DNA of 64,000 bases from an uncultured Chloroflexia bacterium. GTDB taxonomy: Bacteria > Chloroflexota > Limnocylindria > Limnocylindrales > CSP1-4. Location: NCBI GenBank assembly GCA_963819655.1, contig CAWFXA010000002.1:672001-736000 (forward strand), given 5' to 3'. Made by a program: the position numbers and the translations under genes. The notes under the pieces were generated by a model. It was not told the origin of the DNA and did no database searches. It saw only the letters and a list, made by a program, of their open reading frames with translations. Positions 53,388 to 61,427 of the stretch are shown here, piece by piece; position 1 is the first letter of the stretch; every line of letters starts with the position of its first letter.

Positions 53388-54143
53388 TCACAAACCCGGC
53401 CCCTCCCACCTGGCCTGCAACCACCTCGGGCTTCCGAAATGCCCCTCGATCAAGTTCTCGAGCCCCGGCGGGCCTTCATATCGGATGACGACGACGTTAT
53501 CGAGTTCCGCGATAACCGGGTCGACGAAGCGCGCGCCGGTCGACTCGATCCAGGCTTGCTCGGCCTTCACCTGTTCGAGGAAACCTTCGAGCTCCTTCAG
53601 GCTCCAGGTCGCTTGGCGGACTTCGACCGGCCCATCGAGCGGGAGTGCCACTAGTGCCGCCCGATGTCGCTCAAGGTTCGCCTTGAACTCGACCACGGCG
53701 CCCGATGCCTTCTGATTGATGTACGCCGTTGCGAAGTCGTCCGGGAACTCCTCCCCGTACGTGCGGAGCTGCACGATCAGGCTGTTCGGCCAGCGACGCG
53801 ACATGAGATCGGCCAGTTCGTCGGGCATGAACGGGATGCCATATTGCTCGGGGACTAGCGCGGCCGGGTCGTCGGCCACGGCTCGGACCCATGCCTCGTC
53901 GGCTCGCAGGCCATACTGCTCTCTTATCTCGATCGCCTCGGCGATGTCGGCCTCGAGAATCGCCGTCGGCGTCGGCTGCATGGTCGGAGTCGTCGCGGTG
54001 TCAGCGGCTGGCGAGGCCGGAGCATCTACGCAGGCGCTCGACACAGCGACCACGGCAAGCGAGAGAGCCGCGGCTGTAAGAGCAAAGCGATGCGATCGGA
54101 CCATCGAATCGTGAGATGTCGCCAGTGGTTGGATCCGCATCAT
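53388..54143 (-). CDS. Cassette 1: hypothetical lipoprotein
   Basis: Signal peptide with SSAC lipobox; fills the interval between sites 53352 and 54184. Confidence 0.7.
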   Translation of the reverse strand: MMRIQPLATSHDSMVRSHRFALTAAALSLAVVAVSSACVDAPASPAADTATTPTMQPTPTAILEADIAEAIEIREQYGLRADEAWVRAVADDPAALVPEQYGIPFMPDELADLMSRRWPNSLIVQLRTYGEEFPDDFATAYINQKASGAVVEFKANLERHRAALVALPLDGPVEVRQATWSLKELEGFLEQVKAEQAWIESTGARFVDPVIAELDNVVVIRYEGPPGLENLIEGHFGSPRWLQARWEGPGL

Positions 54144-54252
54144 TCTCGCCTTGTCCGTGCTAGCACGGTACGGCGCCGTGCCTTGCCAAAAGGTCCGGGA
54201 ATGTCACCCGCTCAGCGATAGGCAGGGACCTACCACCAGGATGGGTCGATGC

Positions 54253-54861
54253 CTACCCATTTCGTGGTCGAACGCCAGTCCTTGCGTATGCGAGAAGACC
54301 GCCGAGAAGTCCCGCAAGAACTGCGGGGAATGTGACCCAAGACACCTCAGGGTTGGCGTCGGGCGGTGTCGTCGATGTGTCAGGCGGCCGTAGGCGGAAG
54401 AGTGCAAAGACCTCCGGCTCCGAGATGCGCTCGGCAAACGGAAAGGGCGGCCCGTCGATCCATGCCGCGGTATTTATCCGCTGCCCGAAGGCCGATATTC
54501 CGAGCGCGAGCGCGATCCGATCCCCTTTACGCGCCATGAGGATGTGGTCGGAGCATTCGAGGTATGCAAGGTCCCGAAGTGTCATGGTGCTCTCGAAAGG
54601 GCCCCGGACCGCGTGTTGAACACGTAGGGTGAAACGGCTGAAGGCACCCTGTTCGTCCCGCCATGGGGACCCGGCGTCGACTGCAGTGACTCTGCCGATG
54701 ACGACCCTATCCGCTGACGTCGCATGCTCACGGAACGACGGCACCGGGCCATCGCATTCAGCCAGCACGCCGGGCGCCGATAGGAGCGCGGCTGCCAGGG
54801 CCAGGGTTGCCGCGGTGCCGAGCGGGACGATCGATCGTGACCGCGGCATCCGGGGGGGCAT
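54253..54861 (-). CDS. Cassette 2: secreted/anchored protein (TIMP/NTR-like start AEC..P)
   Basis: Signal peptide, ADRVVIGRV, C-terminal TM with basic tail. Confidence 0.65.
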   Translation of the reverse strand: MPPRMPRSRSIVPLGTAATLALAAALLSAPGVLAECDGPVPSFREHATSADRVVIGRVTAVDAGSPWRDEQGAFSRFTLRVQHAVRGPFESTMTLRDLAYLECSDHILMARKGDRIALALGISAFGQRINTAAWIDGPPFPFAERISEPEVFALFRLRPPDTSTTPPDANPEVSWVTFPAVLAGLLGGLLAYARTGVRPRNG

Positions 54862-55049
54862 CGCACGGTTCCACAAACTTCGAATCGGCGATTCGAACGC
54901 GGGACTTTGCCGTCCCGTATCGGCGCTGCATGACACGACGTCTCGGCGGCGCTCGGTGTGTCAGGGTGCAGTGTTGACTCAGTGTCCGCCAATGTCACCT
55001 GGGCGATGGGGCCGACTCCGACCAGCGACGTCCGCTGGAAGTGTCTCAG

Positions 55050-55319
55050 TCAGTTTGAGTCGGATTCCCGTTTCGCGATGATCCGAGCCCGGAGGGCTCG
55101 CGCCTCCTCAGGCATGGGAGTCAGAGGGGCGCCGACCGCGAGCCACTGGAGAAAGACTTCACCGCAGGACTCGCAATCGAGCACCGCTTCGCATTTGACG
55201 CCTGGATAGGGCGATACGGCGGATGCGTATAGCAATTCACCAGGCCGCATTGGATTCCCGCTGTTTGGACAACTCCTGGGGCGCGGGACTCCGCTCTCTG
55301 TATCGTCCATCAACGGCAA
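55050..55319 (-). CDS. Cassette 3: small Cys-containing hypothetical protein
   Basis: CPNS...C...CESC; fills the interval between sites 54975 and 55349. Confidence 0.5.
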   Translation of the reverse strand: MPLMDDTESGVPRPRSCPNSGNPMRPGELLYASAVSPYPGVKCEAVLDCESCGEVFLQWLAVGAPLTPMPEEARALRARIIAKRESDSN

Positions 55320-55395
55320 GTCAACGAGCGGGCGACAGCCCGTCGGTGTGGCTCAGTGTTCGGGAATGTCACCTGGATGGTTAGTCCCTGGTCCG

Positions 55396-56013
55396 CTAGG
55401 GCGTGAGGGATGGCAGCCTAAACGGAGGATCCGGCGCCATCGATGGATTCGGGTTGAAGCCCTCCTGTCCCGTCTCGGCGTTGGGACCGCCATAGCCCTC
55501 CGGGGCGAACGTCCAATGTTGGCCACCGATCACGACGCACACGGGGTTGTCCGCCCAATACCCGGCGTAGTCGATCCGCCCGGCAAGCTGCACGACCCAG
55601 GCAGGGGCGTCCGTTAGGAGCTCGGGCTCGGTCCCGAACATTCGCGCATAGCGCGGGACGTCGCGAGCGCGAGCGACCAGACCCATCCCCACGACGCTGT
55701 CGAGGCGGGGCGGTCTATCAACACCGCATGCCTTGAGCGCAGCGGCTGCCGCAGGATCGGGATGCGATCTCGAAACGGGCTCGATCGTCCCATCGATCGG
55801 AGCACTCGCTAGTGGCCGGACGGGTGGCGGCGTCGCGGAACCCGAAGCTCCAGGATCGTCGGTGGCGACCGCCTGCGATGCCGTGATCGACGCCGGTGAA
55901 GTCGATGCCACGTCACCCGAATCGACTGTCGTCGGACTTGTTCCTTCGAAAGGACCGGAGCAGCCGAAAACCGCAAGGGCAACCAGGACCGCAGCACCCC
56001 TTCGAACGATCAT
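55396..56013 (-). CDS. Cassette 4: hypothetical lipoprotein
   Basis: Lipobox VFGC, S/T/P-rich linker; TACGAT upstream. Confidence 0.72.
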   Translation of the reverse strand: MIVRRGAAVLVALAVFGCSGPFEGTSPTTVDSGDVASTSPASITASQAVATDDPGASGSATPPPVRPLASAPIDGTIEPVSRSHPDPAAAAALKACGVDRPPRLDSVVGMGLVARARDVPRYARMFGTEPELLTDAPAWVVQLAGRIDYAGYWADNPVCVVIGGQHWTFAPEGYGGPNAETGQEGFNPNPSMAPDPPFRLPSLTP

Positions 56014-56091
56014 CCGGTCACCATCGTACCGGCGTTACAGGGCGTATCTAGACGGCCTGTTGGCTTAGTGTCCGGGAATGTCACCTCGTCA

Positions 56092-56502
56092 CTAGGCGAG
56101 AAGGACAAGCACCCGCGTCACATGGTCGACGGTGAACTTCGGATCGGCAAGCTCGAATACCAGCTTCGTCAACAACTCCACGGCGCTCGCGTACGCGGCC
56201 GAATCACTGCGTAGCAACCGCCCCGAATCCGGCCACACGATTGCGACCTTCTCCGTGTGCAGCTCGTGGAGACCCTCCCAGAGGGAGTCGCGTAAGGCGT
56301 CCCAGATGCCTCGATGGACGGGCGGGTCCAGCGGGAGCACCTGACGCACGGACCCGACGAAAGTGTCCCAGCTGTCGGGGGCCCCGGGAAGCGTGTACAC
56401 GGGCCAACCGTCCCGCGTCAAAGCCGCGACCAAGTCGGGTAGGGACACGCCTGTGCGTTCGTGGACACCGTACGCCGGGATAAGGAGGTCTCGTTCATCC
56501 AC
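56092..56502 (-). CDS. Cassette 5: barstar-family (RNase inhibitor) protein
   Basis: F...V...LPLDPP....WDALRDSLWEGL......VAIVW barstar-like signature. Confidence 0.8.
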   Translation of the reverse strand: MDERDLLIPAYGVHERTGVSLPDLVAALTRDGWPVYTLPGAPDSWDTFVGSVRQVLPLDPPVHRGIWDALRDSLWEGLHELHTEKVAIVWPDSGRLLRSDSAAYASAVELLTKLVFELADPKFTVDHVTRVLVLLA

Positions 56503-56547
56503 CTGGCCAAAGTACAGCCCGGACGGTTGGCTTAGTGTCCGGGAATG

Positions 56548-56946
56548 TCACCCCGGAGAGGTTGCGGAAACGGCATCGATCAGGGCCGGTCGGCATCGTG
56601 CGATGAAGCCCTCGACCCTAGCCGCAGCTACGTCCGCATCGGCGAGCATTTTGAGCTGGTCGGACCGCGAGATGCCTGTCTCCTCGGCGATGAACGCGCC
56701 CTCAGGGCCGGTCGCATCAATGGTCCAATTCGGTTCAGGGTCGAGCTTGAGGGCGACGTCGACCACCAGAAGCTCGCCCATCGGCGCGGCTGGGTCGACG
56801 AAGACGAGCAACAAAGTGAGCGCGTAAACGCGGGAGGGCTTCTCCTCGATGTGAGAGTGGATTTTCGGTCGGGCCGTGCTGATGGATACGGCTGTGGCCT
56901 CGAGGACCGCTCGAATCCTGCTTCGATGGTGATCGAGGCTCGTCAC
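56548..56946 (-). CDS. Cassette 6: hypothetical protein
   Basis: GTG 6 nt after TATCGT; the TGA stop lies inside site 56528-56552. Confidence 0.62.
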   Translation of the reverse strand: MTSLDHHRSRIRAVLEATAVSISTARPKIHSHIEEKPSRVYALTLLLVFVDPAAPMGELLVVDVALKLDPEPNWTIDATGPEGAFIAEETGISRSDQLKMLADADVAAARVEGFIARCRPALIDAVSATSPG

Positions 56947-57045
56947 GGGCTCACGATACAGGCCGTCGTCGTGGCAAAGTGTCCGGGAATGACACTTGAG
57001 GGCATGCGACTTCGGTTGCACCACGCGTAGCACTACGCTTAGCGC

Positions 57046-57324
57046 ATGGATGGAAGCCTGCAGTACAGATTGGGCGACCGAGTAATAGTCCGGCGCGATC
57101 GAGAGTTCGGACTTGGACCGTGGCCATCTGAGCCAAGCGGCACCATCGGGGAGCCCCCGGACTCGACAAATGCGCGGATCTGGCGACGGACGAAGACGAC
57201 CTCCGGGTGGCGGCGCTCTTACTGGATTCTGTTCGACGAGCCTCAGATCGATGCTGAAGGCGATGGGCCGTATGAGATGTCCGAGGTGCTTGACCTGTAC
57301 CTCGAGCGGGAACCCAGCGACTGA
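57046..57324 (+). CDS. Cassette 7 (inverted): small SH3-like hypothetical protein
   Basis: YRLGDRVIV...GTI...YWILFDEPQIDAEGDGPY; TACGCT 6 nt before the ATG. Confidence 0.72.
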   Translation: MDGSLQYRLGDRVIVRRDREFGLGPWPSEPSGTIGEPPDSTNARIWRRTKTTSGWRRSYWILFDEPQIDAEGDGPYEMSEVLDLYLEREPSD

Positions 57325-57391
57325 CTACAGCACTTAGCCATGGCTTAGTGTCCGGGAATGTCACCTGAACCTTCCACCGGGAGAGTCCCCA

Positions 57392-58117
57392 TCAGAAGGC
57401 TTGGCATTCTCCTACCCAGACGCGCTCCCCATCCACGGTTCCGACTCCCACATGAACGACCCCCGAGTCCCACAGGTTCAGACCGACACGCTCCTCGCTG
57501 TCGATCTGGAAGCAGTACACCGGCGAGGCCGGGTGCTGGTTGTAGGGGGCCCAGAAGATTTCGCCCTGGACCAGGCGCGGCCAACCGCCGAGCTTGGTCC
57601 CGCTCGTCGCACTCCCGATGACCTCGTGCGCATCGCGGCTTCCGAGGAGACCTTGGAGGCTATCGAAGTCGACGGTGGCGACCAGATCGTCCCAGTCCGG
57701 GTAGTCCTCGACTACCTCCCAGTCGAGCTGCCTCGGCCGGATGCCATCGATGACCCGACCGTCGACCGCGTGGAGTTCGTCGAGCGAGCGGTAGGCGCGA
57801 ACGGCCCAACCATCGCCGTTGGGACGGTCGTTAGGTCGGTCGAGGAACCCGTTGTCGTCGGCGATCCAGAACGAGACTAGGGCGAAGCCCGCCAGTTCCG
57901 GAGGCACGAACCTGGCTTCGGTCAGGTTAATCTGGGCGAGGGAGGCCATCGCCCGTCCCTCAACAGTTGGCCAGTCCTCACCGCGCCCGATGACCGAGAC
58001 GCGCCCGAGGCACGAGCGATAGGGATCGTCGCTGGGTCTCCCGATGACTACTCGTCCGACCGACGCCGGGCGCCTAATCGCGTTCCGGATCGCGTCGATC
58101 GAGTCGGGGACGAGCAT
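57392..58117 (-). CDS. Cassette 8: DUF1963/YwqG-family protein
   Basis: EDWP...G..M..LAQINL, TKLGGWP..VQ, FQIDSE.....LWDSG..H. Confidence 0.8.
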   Translation of the reverse strand: MLVPDSIDAIRNAIRRPASVGRVVIGRPSDDPYRSCLGRVSVIGRGEDWPTVEGRAMASLAQINLTEARFVPPELAGFALVSFWIADDNGFLDRPNDRPNGDGWAVRAYRSLDELHAVDGRVIDGIRPRQLDWEVVEDYPDWDDLVATVDFDSLQGLLGSRDAHEVIGSATSGTKLGGWPRLVQGEIFWAPYNQHPASPVYCFQIDSEERVGLNLWDSGVVHVGVGTVDGERVWVGECQAF

Positions 58118-58190
58118 CGATTGAGGGTAAGCGACCGTCGAGTGGCAAAGCGTTCGGGAATGTCACCAGAGATGGGACGAACGCTCAGGC

Positions 58191-58670
58191 CTAGAGCCTA
58201 GGGCCTTTGCCCCACTCCCAGTGAACGAGTCCGGCTATCGCGAGCCCGTCGATGATCCCCCAGAGTGGCTCGGGCACTTGGCCCTCGATGTCTATCGCGA
58301 CGAAGCCAGGCGATCGCCACTCATGTGGCCGATCGGAAGCCGCCAAAGCGCCGTGGAGCTCTTCGTGCCGATTCGGCTCAACGAACGCCACCCGCAATAC
58401 GAGTCGATCCGACGATTGGACGACGGGACCAAGCACCGAATCGAACCGGCCGGCAGCGCGTCGTAGACGGACGACGTCTCCTAGTGCATAGCCGTACGTG
58501 AAGAAAGGCAGGCAGCAAAGCTCGTACATACCTTCGCCCAGGTCGCGCGCCCACAGCTGCTCGTATCGGCCGGGAAAACCGTGGTCGGCGAGGTCAGCCT
58601 GCAGGATGGAATTCGCGCGGTCGCGCCAGACAGGAAGCTCATGCGTCGCGATCTCGTTGTCGCCTGCCAC
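58191..58670 (-). CDS. Cassette 9: DUF4265-family protein
   Basis: EQLWAR.LG.G.YELCCLPFFTYGYALGDVV. Confidence 0.82.
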   Translation of the reverse strand: MAGDNEIATHELPVWRDRANSILQADLADHGFPGRYEQLWARDLGEGMYELCCLPFFTYGYALGDVVRLRRAAGRFDSVLGPVVQSSDRLVLRVAFVEPNRHEELHGALAASDRPHEWRSPGFVAIDIEGQVPEPLWGIIDGLAIAGLVHWEWGKGPRL

Positions 58671-58804
58671 GTCTTGAGACTAAGGCAGGGACAGCCCTTC
58701 GCCATGGCAATGCGCGATGTCACTCGGACCGTGACACTACGAGCAAATCGCGCAGACCATTGCGGCACGCGTACTGATCTGACGATGGTTCACCTGCCTG
58801 CCCC

Positions 58805-59188
58805 CTATAGCTGTGGCTTGCCGCCGCACGCCGGAAGTTCCGCTTCCTGCACCGGCCCTTCGATGATTCGCGGAAGGGCGTCCCCGCTGATGACGAACGT
58901 CATCGGCCGCGGAGCCCCATTCCGAGGCCCAGGGATGCCCCTGGTGAGCACAACTGCGTCCGCCGGGACCCACGAGTAGTCGCCTTCCATCGCGAGCTTT
59001 AAGAACGCTTCCCCGGCCGCGTCCAGTTCAGCCTTAGTGAAGGCGGAAGCGGAACAGGGACCGAGCTGAACATCGGGGGCGAGTGCGATGGGCACGTCCG
59101 ACCGGTTGACCAGCACATAGTCCGGAGTGGCCGCACATCCTCCGGCGAAAAGGACGATGGCACCAATGGCGCGGACGGCGGTCATCAT
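58805..59188 (-). CDS. Hypothetical lipoprotein
   Basis: Lipobox AGGC, VLVNRSDVPI; follows degenerate site 58705. Confidence 0.6.
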   Translation of the reverse strand: MMTAVRAIGAIVLFAGGCAATPDYVLVNRSDVPIALAPDVQLGPCSASAFTKAELDAAGEAFLKLAMEGDYSWVPADAVVLTRGIPGPRNGAPRPMTFVISGDALPRIIEGPVQEAELPACGGKPQL

Positions 59189-59312
59189 GCCGCGAGTATG
59201 CGGCGAGGCACGAGCGCCTCGACGTGGATGGCCGGGTTCGTCAAAAGCGTGCCGAGGAAGCTCTCGGATCGCGAGGTATCCTGTTGTTCGTCGGGGCCGT
59301 GATCGGGGTGGT

Positions 59313-59534
59313 GTGGCTGGTCCGCAAGCAACGGATGCGGCGTTGAGCTGGCTGTTAGTTCTCCTGCCCGCGTCCGGCGTCCTCATCGGCACCCTCATCG
59401 GATCCATGCGTCGAGGCGACCCTCCTACAGAGGTTCGCCGCCGCCTTGTGGAGGCCGCCGTCGGGGGTCTAATCGCGGTCGTGATCATCGTGGCCGTCAT
59501 CACCATTGCGGGCGGTCGGCTGGTCTGGCCGTAG
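59313..59534 (+). CDS. Small two-TM protein
   Basis: Two hydrophobic helices; start uncertain. Confidence 0.4.
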   Translation: MAGPQATDAALSWLLVLLPASGVLIGTLIGSMRRGDPPTEVRRRLVEAAVGGLIAVVIIVAVITIAGGRLVWP

Positions 59535-59598
59535 TCCTCGTTTCGCATCCTGAAACTGACCCACTACCGGATCAGCCGGACAAAGCAGAAAACTGATT

Positions 59599-60576
59599 GT
59601 GGGCTGCGGCCGAGGGGAGACGCCTGTGGTGACGAACTACATCAGCGAAGAGCTCGGTCGGTTGATCTCGGCCGAGGGCGAACTCGTCGTTGGAACCCAC
59701 ATGAGCCCGCCGCGAGTAATCGGAGATTTAGATCCGCAACGCCCCCAAGACGCGTTCCGGATTGAGTGGGAGATCGCCGCCAGAGGATTAAGGGTGCTTG
59801 TGACCAGATCCGGCGGCCTGTTCGTGCGCCCTCCCGAGAACCTCGTGTCCTCGGGCTTCGAAGGGTTCGACGAGAAGTTCGCGTTCATGTCGGAAGCTGC
59901 GGCAGCAATCAATGTGGTCTTGTGTGAAGCGGCATTGACGGGCGCCGTGTCTAGCCCAGCGTCGCCAGTCCAGATGAGCAGCGGCAAGGTCGTCGATGAT
60001 CACGCGATCATCACCGGAGGCGGAGGCGGCCGCGAGGTCTATCTCGACAGAACCGCTGACATTTTGCTCGACGTGATCGGACTCAAGTGGATGACCTGGG
60101 TGCATGTCGAGCCAGCGTTGTTCGACATCGTGGCGTCTCTGCCGCGAGCACCTCGCCTCTTGGCCATGGCCTCGGCTCTGCCCGAGCTCGTTGTCGGAGC
60201 TTATTCGAACCTGTCACGCCACCACGCCCCAGAGGCAATCGTTGACGGTTGGGTGGTGATCGAGCAGTTGCTCGATGTGATGTGGCAGGAATTTGTCGCG
60301 GGCGTCAGCGAGCCGGGGCGAGCCGAGATCCTCAAGGACACGAGGTCCTTCACGGCTGCGGTCCGCGCCGACGTTCTGCTTACCGCGGGGAAGATCAGCC
60401 CCGATCTGTGGCGAAAGGTGACTAGGGCGCGGAAGTACCGGAACGAGCTGGCACACCGCGCCAGGGTGTCGATTGGCGCCGCCCAATCGGTCTGCTCCGC
60501 AATGCAAAGCACCGTTGAGCGAATCTTGGGGACCACGGTCGATCCGCCCCTCTATATGAGGCATCTGACGTGGTGA
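59599..60576 (+). CDS. Putative HEPN-domain protein
   Basis: W.VIEQLL helix and C-terminal RKYRNELAH (Rx4H); atypical codon usage. Confidence 0.6.
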   Translation: MGCGRGETPVVTNYISEELGRLISAEGELVVGTHMSPPRVIGDLDPQRPQDAFRIEWEIAARGLRVLVTRSGGLFVRPPENLVSSGFEGFDEKFAFMSEAAAAINVVLCEAALTGAVSSPASPVQMSSGKVVDDHAIITGGGGGREVYLDRTADILLDVIGLKWMTWVHVEPALFDIVASLPRAPRLLAMASALPELVVGAYSNLSRHHAPEAIVDGWVVIEQLLDVMWQEFVAGVSEPGRAEILKDTRSFTAAVRADVLLTAGKISPDLWRKVTRARKYRNELAHRARVSIGAAQSVCSAMQSTVERILGTTVDPPLYMRHLTW

Positions 60577-60953
60577 ACCAGGGCCCGCAAGCGTCGGGGG
60601 TGAGCTAGGCCCTGGGAGCCACCCGACGTTCCGGATCACTGGCGAACACGCCCGACCCGCCGTTCCTGGTCCGATCTCGGCAGCTCCTCCGTGACCGTCC
60701 TGGGATCTGGTCACTTGCGCCGGGTGTTGCCCTCCCGAGGTGATTAACCCACCGACACTATGAGCGGGAATTGGATTGGTGATCACCAGCCGACGACGAC
60801 TTTCGTACAACCTGGTACGCCTCAGGAGCTCTATCCTCACTGCCAGGTTTGCAGCAACAACCAGGGCCTTGAGGCAATCAATCTATTGAGGCGGGGGGAG
60901 AACCCGTACCCGTAACGCTGAGGGAACCGCGGCCAAGAATGGAAGAGGCGAGC

Positions 60954-61343
60954 ATGGAGACCGGCTTTCCCTGGGGAATCCTGCTGGTCTCAGACTCCAC
61001 ATCGAAGGAGCAGATACCTCCCTGGGAGTCCGAGGATCACCAGGTAGCGGTAAGCGGGTCGGCTCTGGTACTTCGCGTTCGTCATGAGCAAGAAGGCCCC
61101 GTTCAAGTTCACCTGTGGGCCAACACCTCACCGGAAGCTGGAAGCCCAGTCTTTGTCGGTTCGTTGGATGTGCCGAGCGGGGTATTGACTGTTGGGGACG
61201 CGCTTGGGCGGAGGCAGGTGTCTGCGCGCGTTGACCCTGGCCCGACGAGAATACAAATCCGCGCCGATCGTCCTCGCGAGCCTACGCGAGTAGACGTAAT
61301 TGTTCCTGATCGCGCAGAACCGGGTCATGGAGGAGGCAGCTGA
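60954..61343 (+). CDS. Hypothetical beta-rich protein (immunity-protein-like)
   Basis: VRHEQEGPVQV...GSLDVPSGVLTVGD; AT-richer codons. Confidence 0.6.
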   Translation: METGFPWGILLVSDSTSKEQIPPWESEDHQVAVSGSALVLRVRHEQEGPVQVHLWANTSPEAGSPVFVGSLDVPSGVLTVGDALGRRQVSARVDPGPTRIQIRADRPREPTRVDVIVPDRAEPGHGGGS

Positions 61344-61390
61344 AGACGATCCCGGCATCGTGTTGCTTTTGGCCGCGACCTGAGTGACTG

Positions 61391-61427
61391 ATGGCGGCGT
61401 CCAATCCGCTTACGGAGACGCCGCCAT
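61391..61427 (+). promoter_or_regulatory. Hairpin covering the RBS and start codon of the recombinase
   Basis: ATGGCGGCGTC (61391-61401) pairs with GACGCCGCCAT (61417-61427); an inner TCCG/CGGA stem includes GGAG. Confidence 0.6.

Larger units (their letters stand above)
53352..58724. repeat. Array of about ten 25-bp sites (TGGCTTAGTGTCCGGGAATGTCACC), each separating one ORF
   Basis: Starts: 53352 (9 mismatches), 54184 (5), 54975 (4), 55349 (2), 56061 (0), 56528 (0), 56972 (4), 57341 (0), 58143 (4), 58705 (internal deletion). All in the same orientation. Confidence 0.92.

Noticed and set aside
54324-54337. Extra array site (CGGGGAATGTGACC)
   Set aside because: Half-match only, inside the TM-coding part of cassette 2; probably chance.
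53352-58724. CRISPR array
   Set aside because: Intervals are 369-832 bp and encode whole ORFs; no cas genes in the window.
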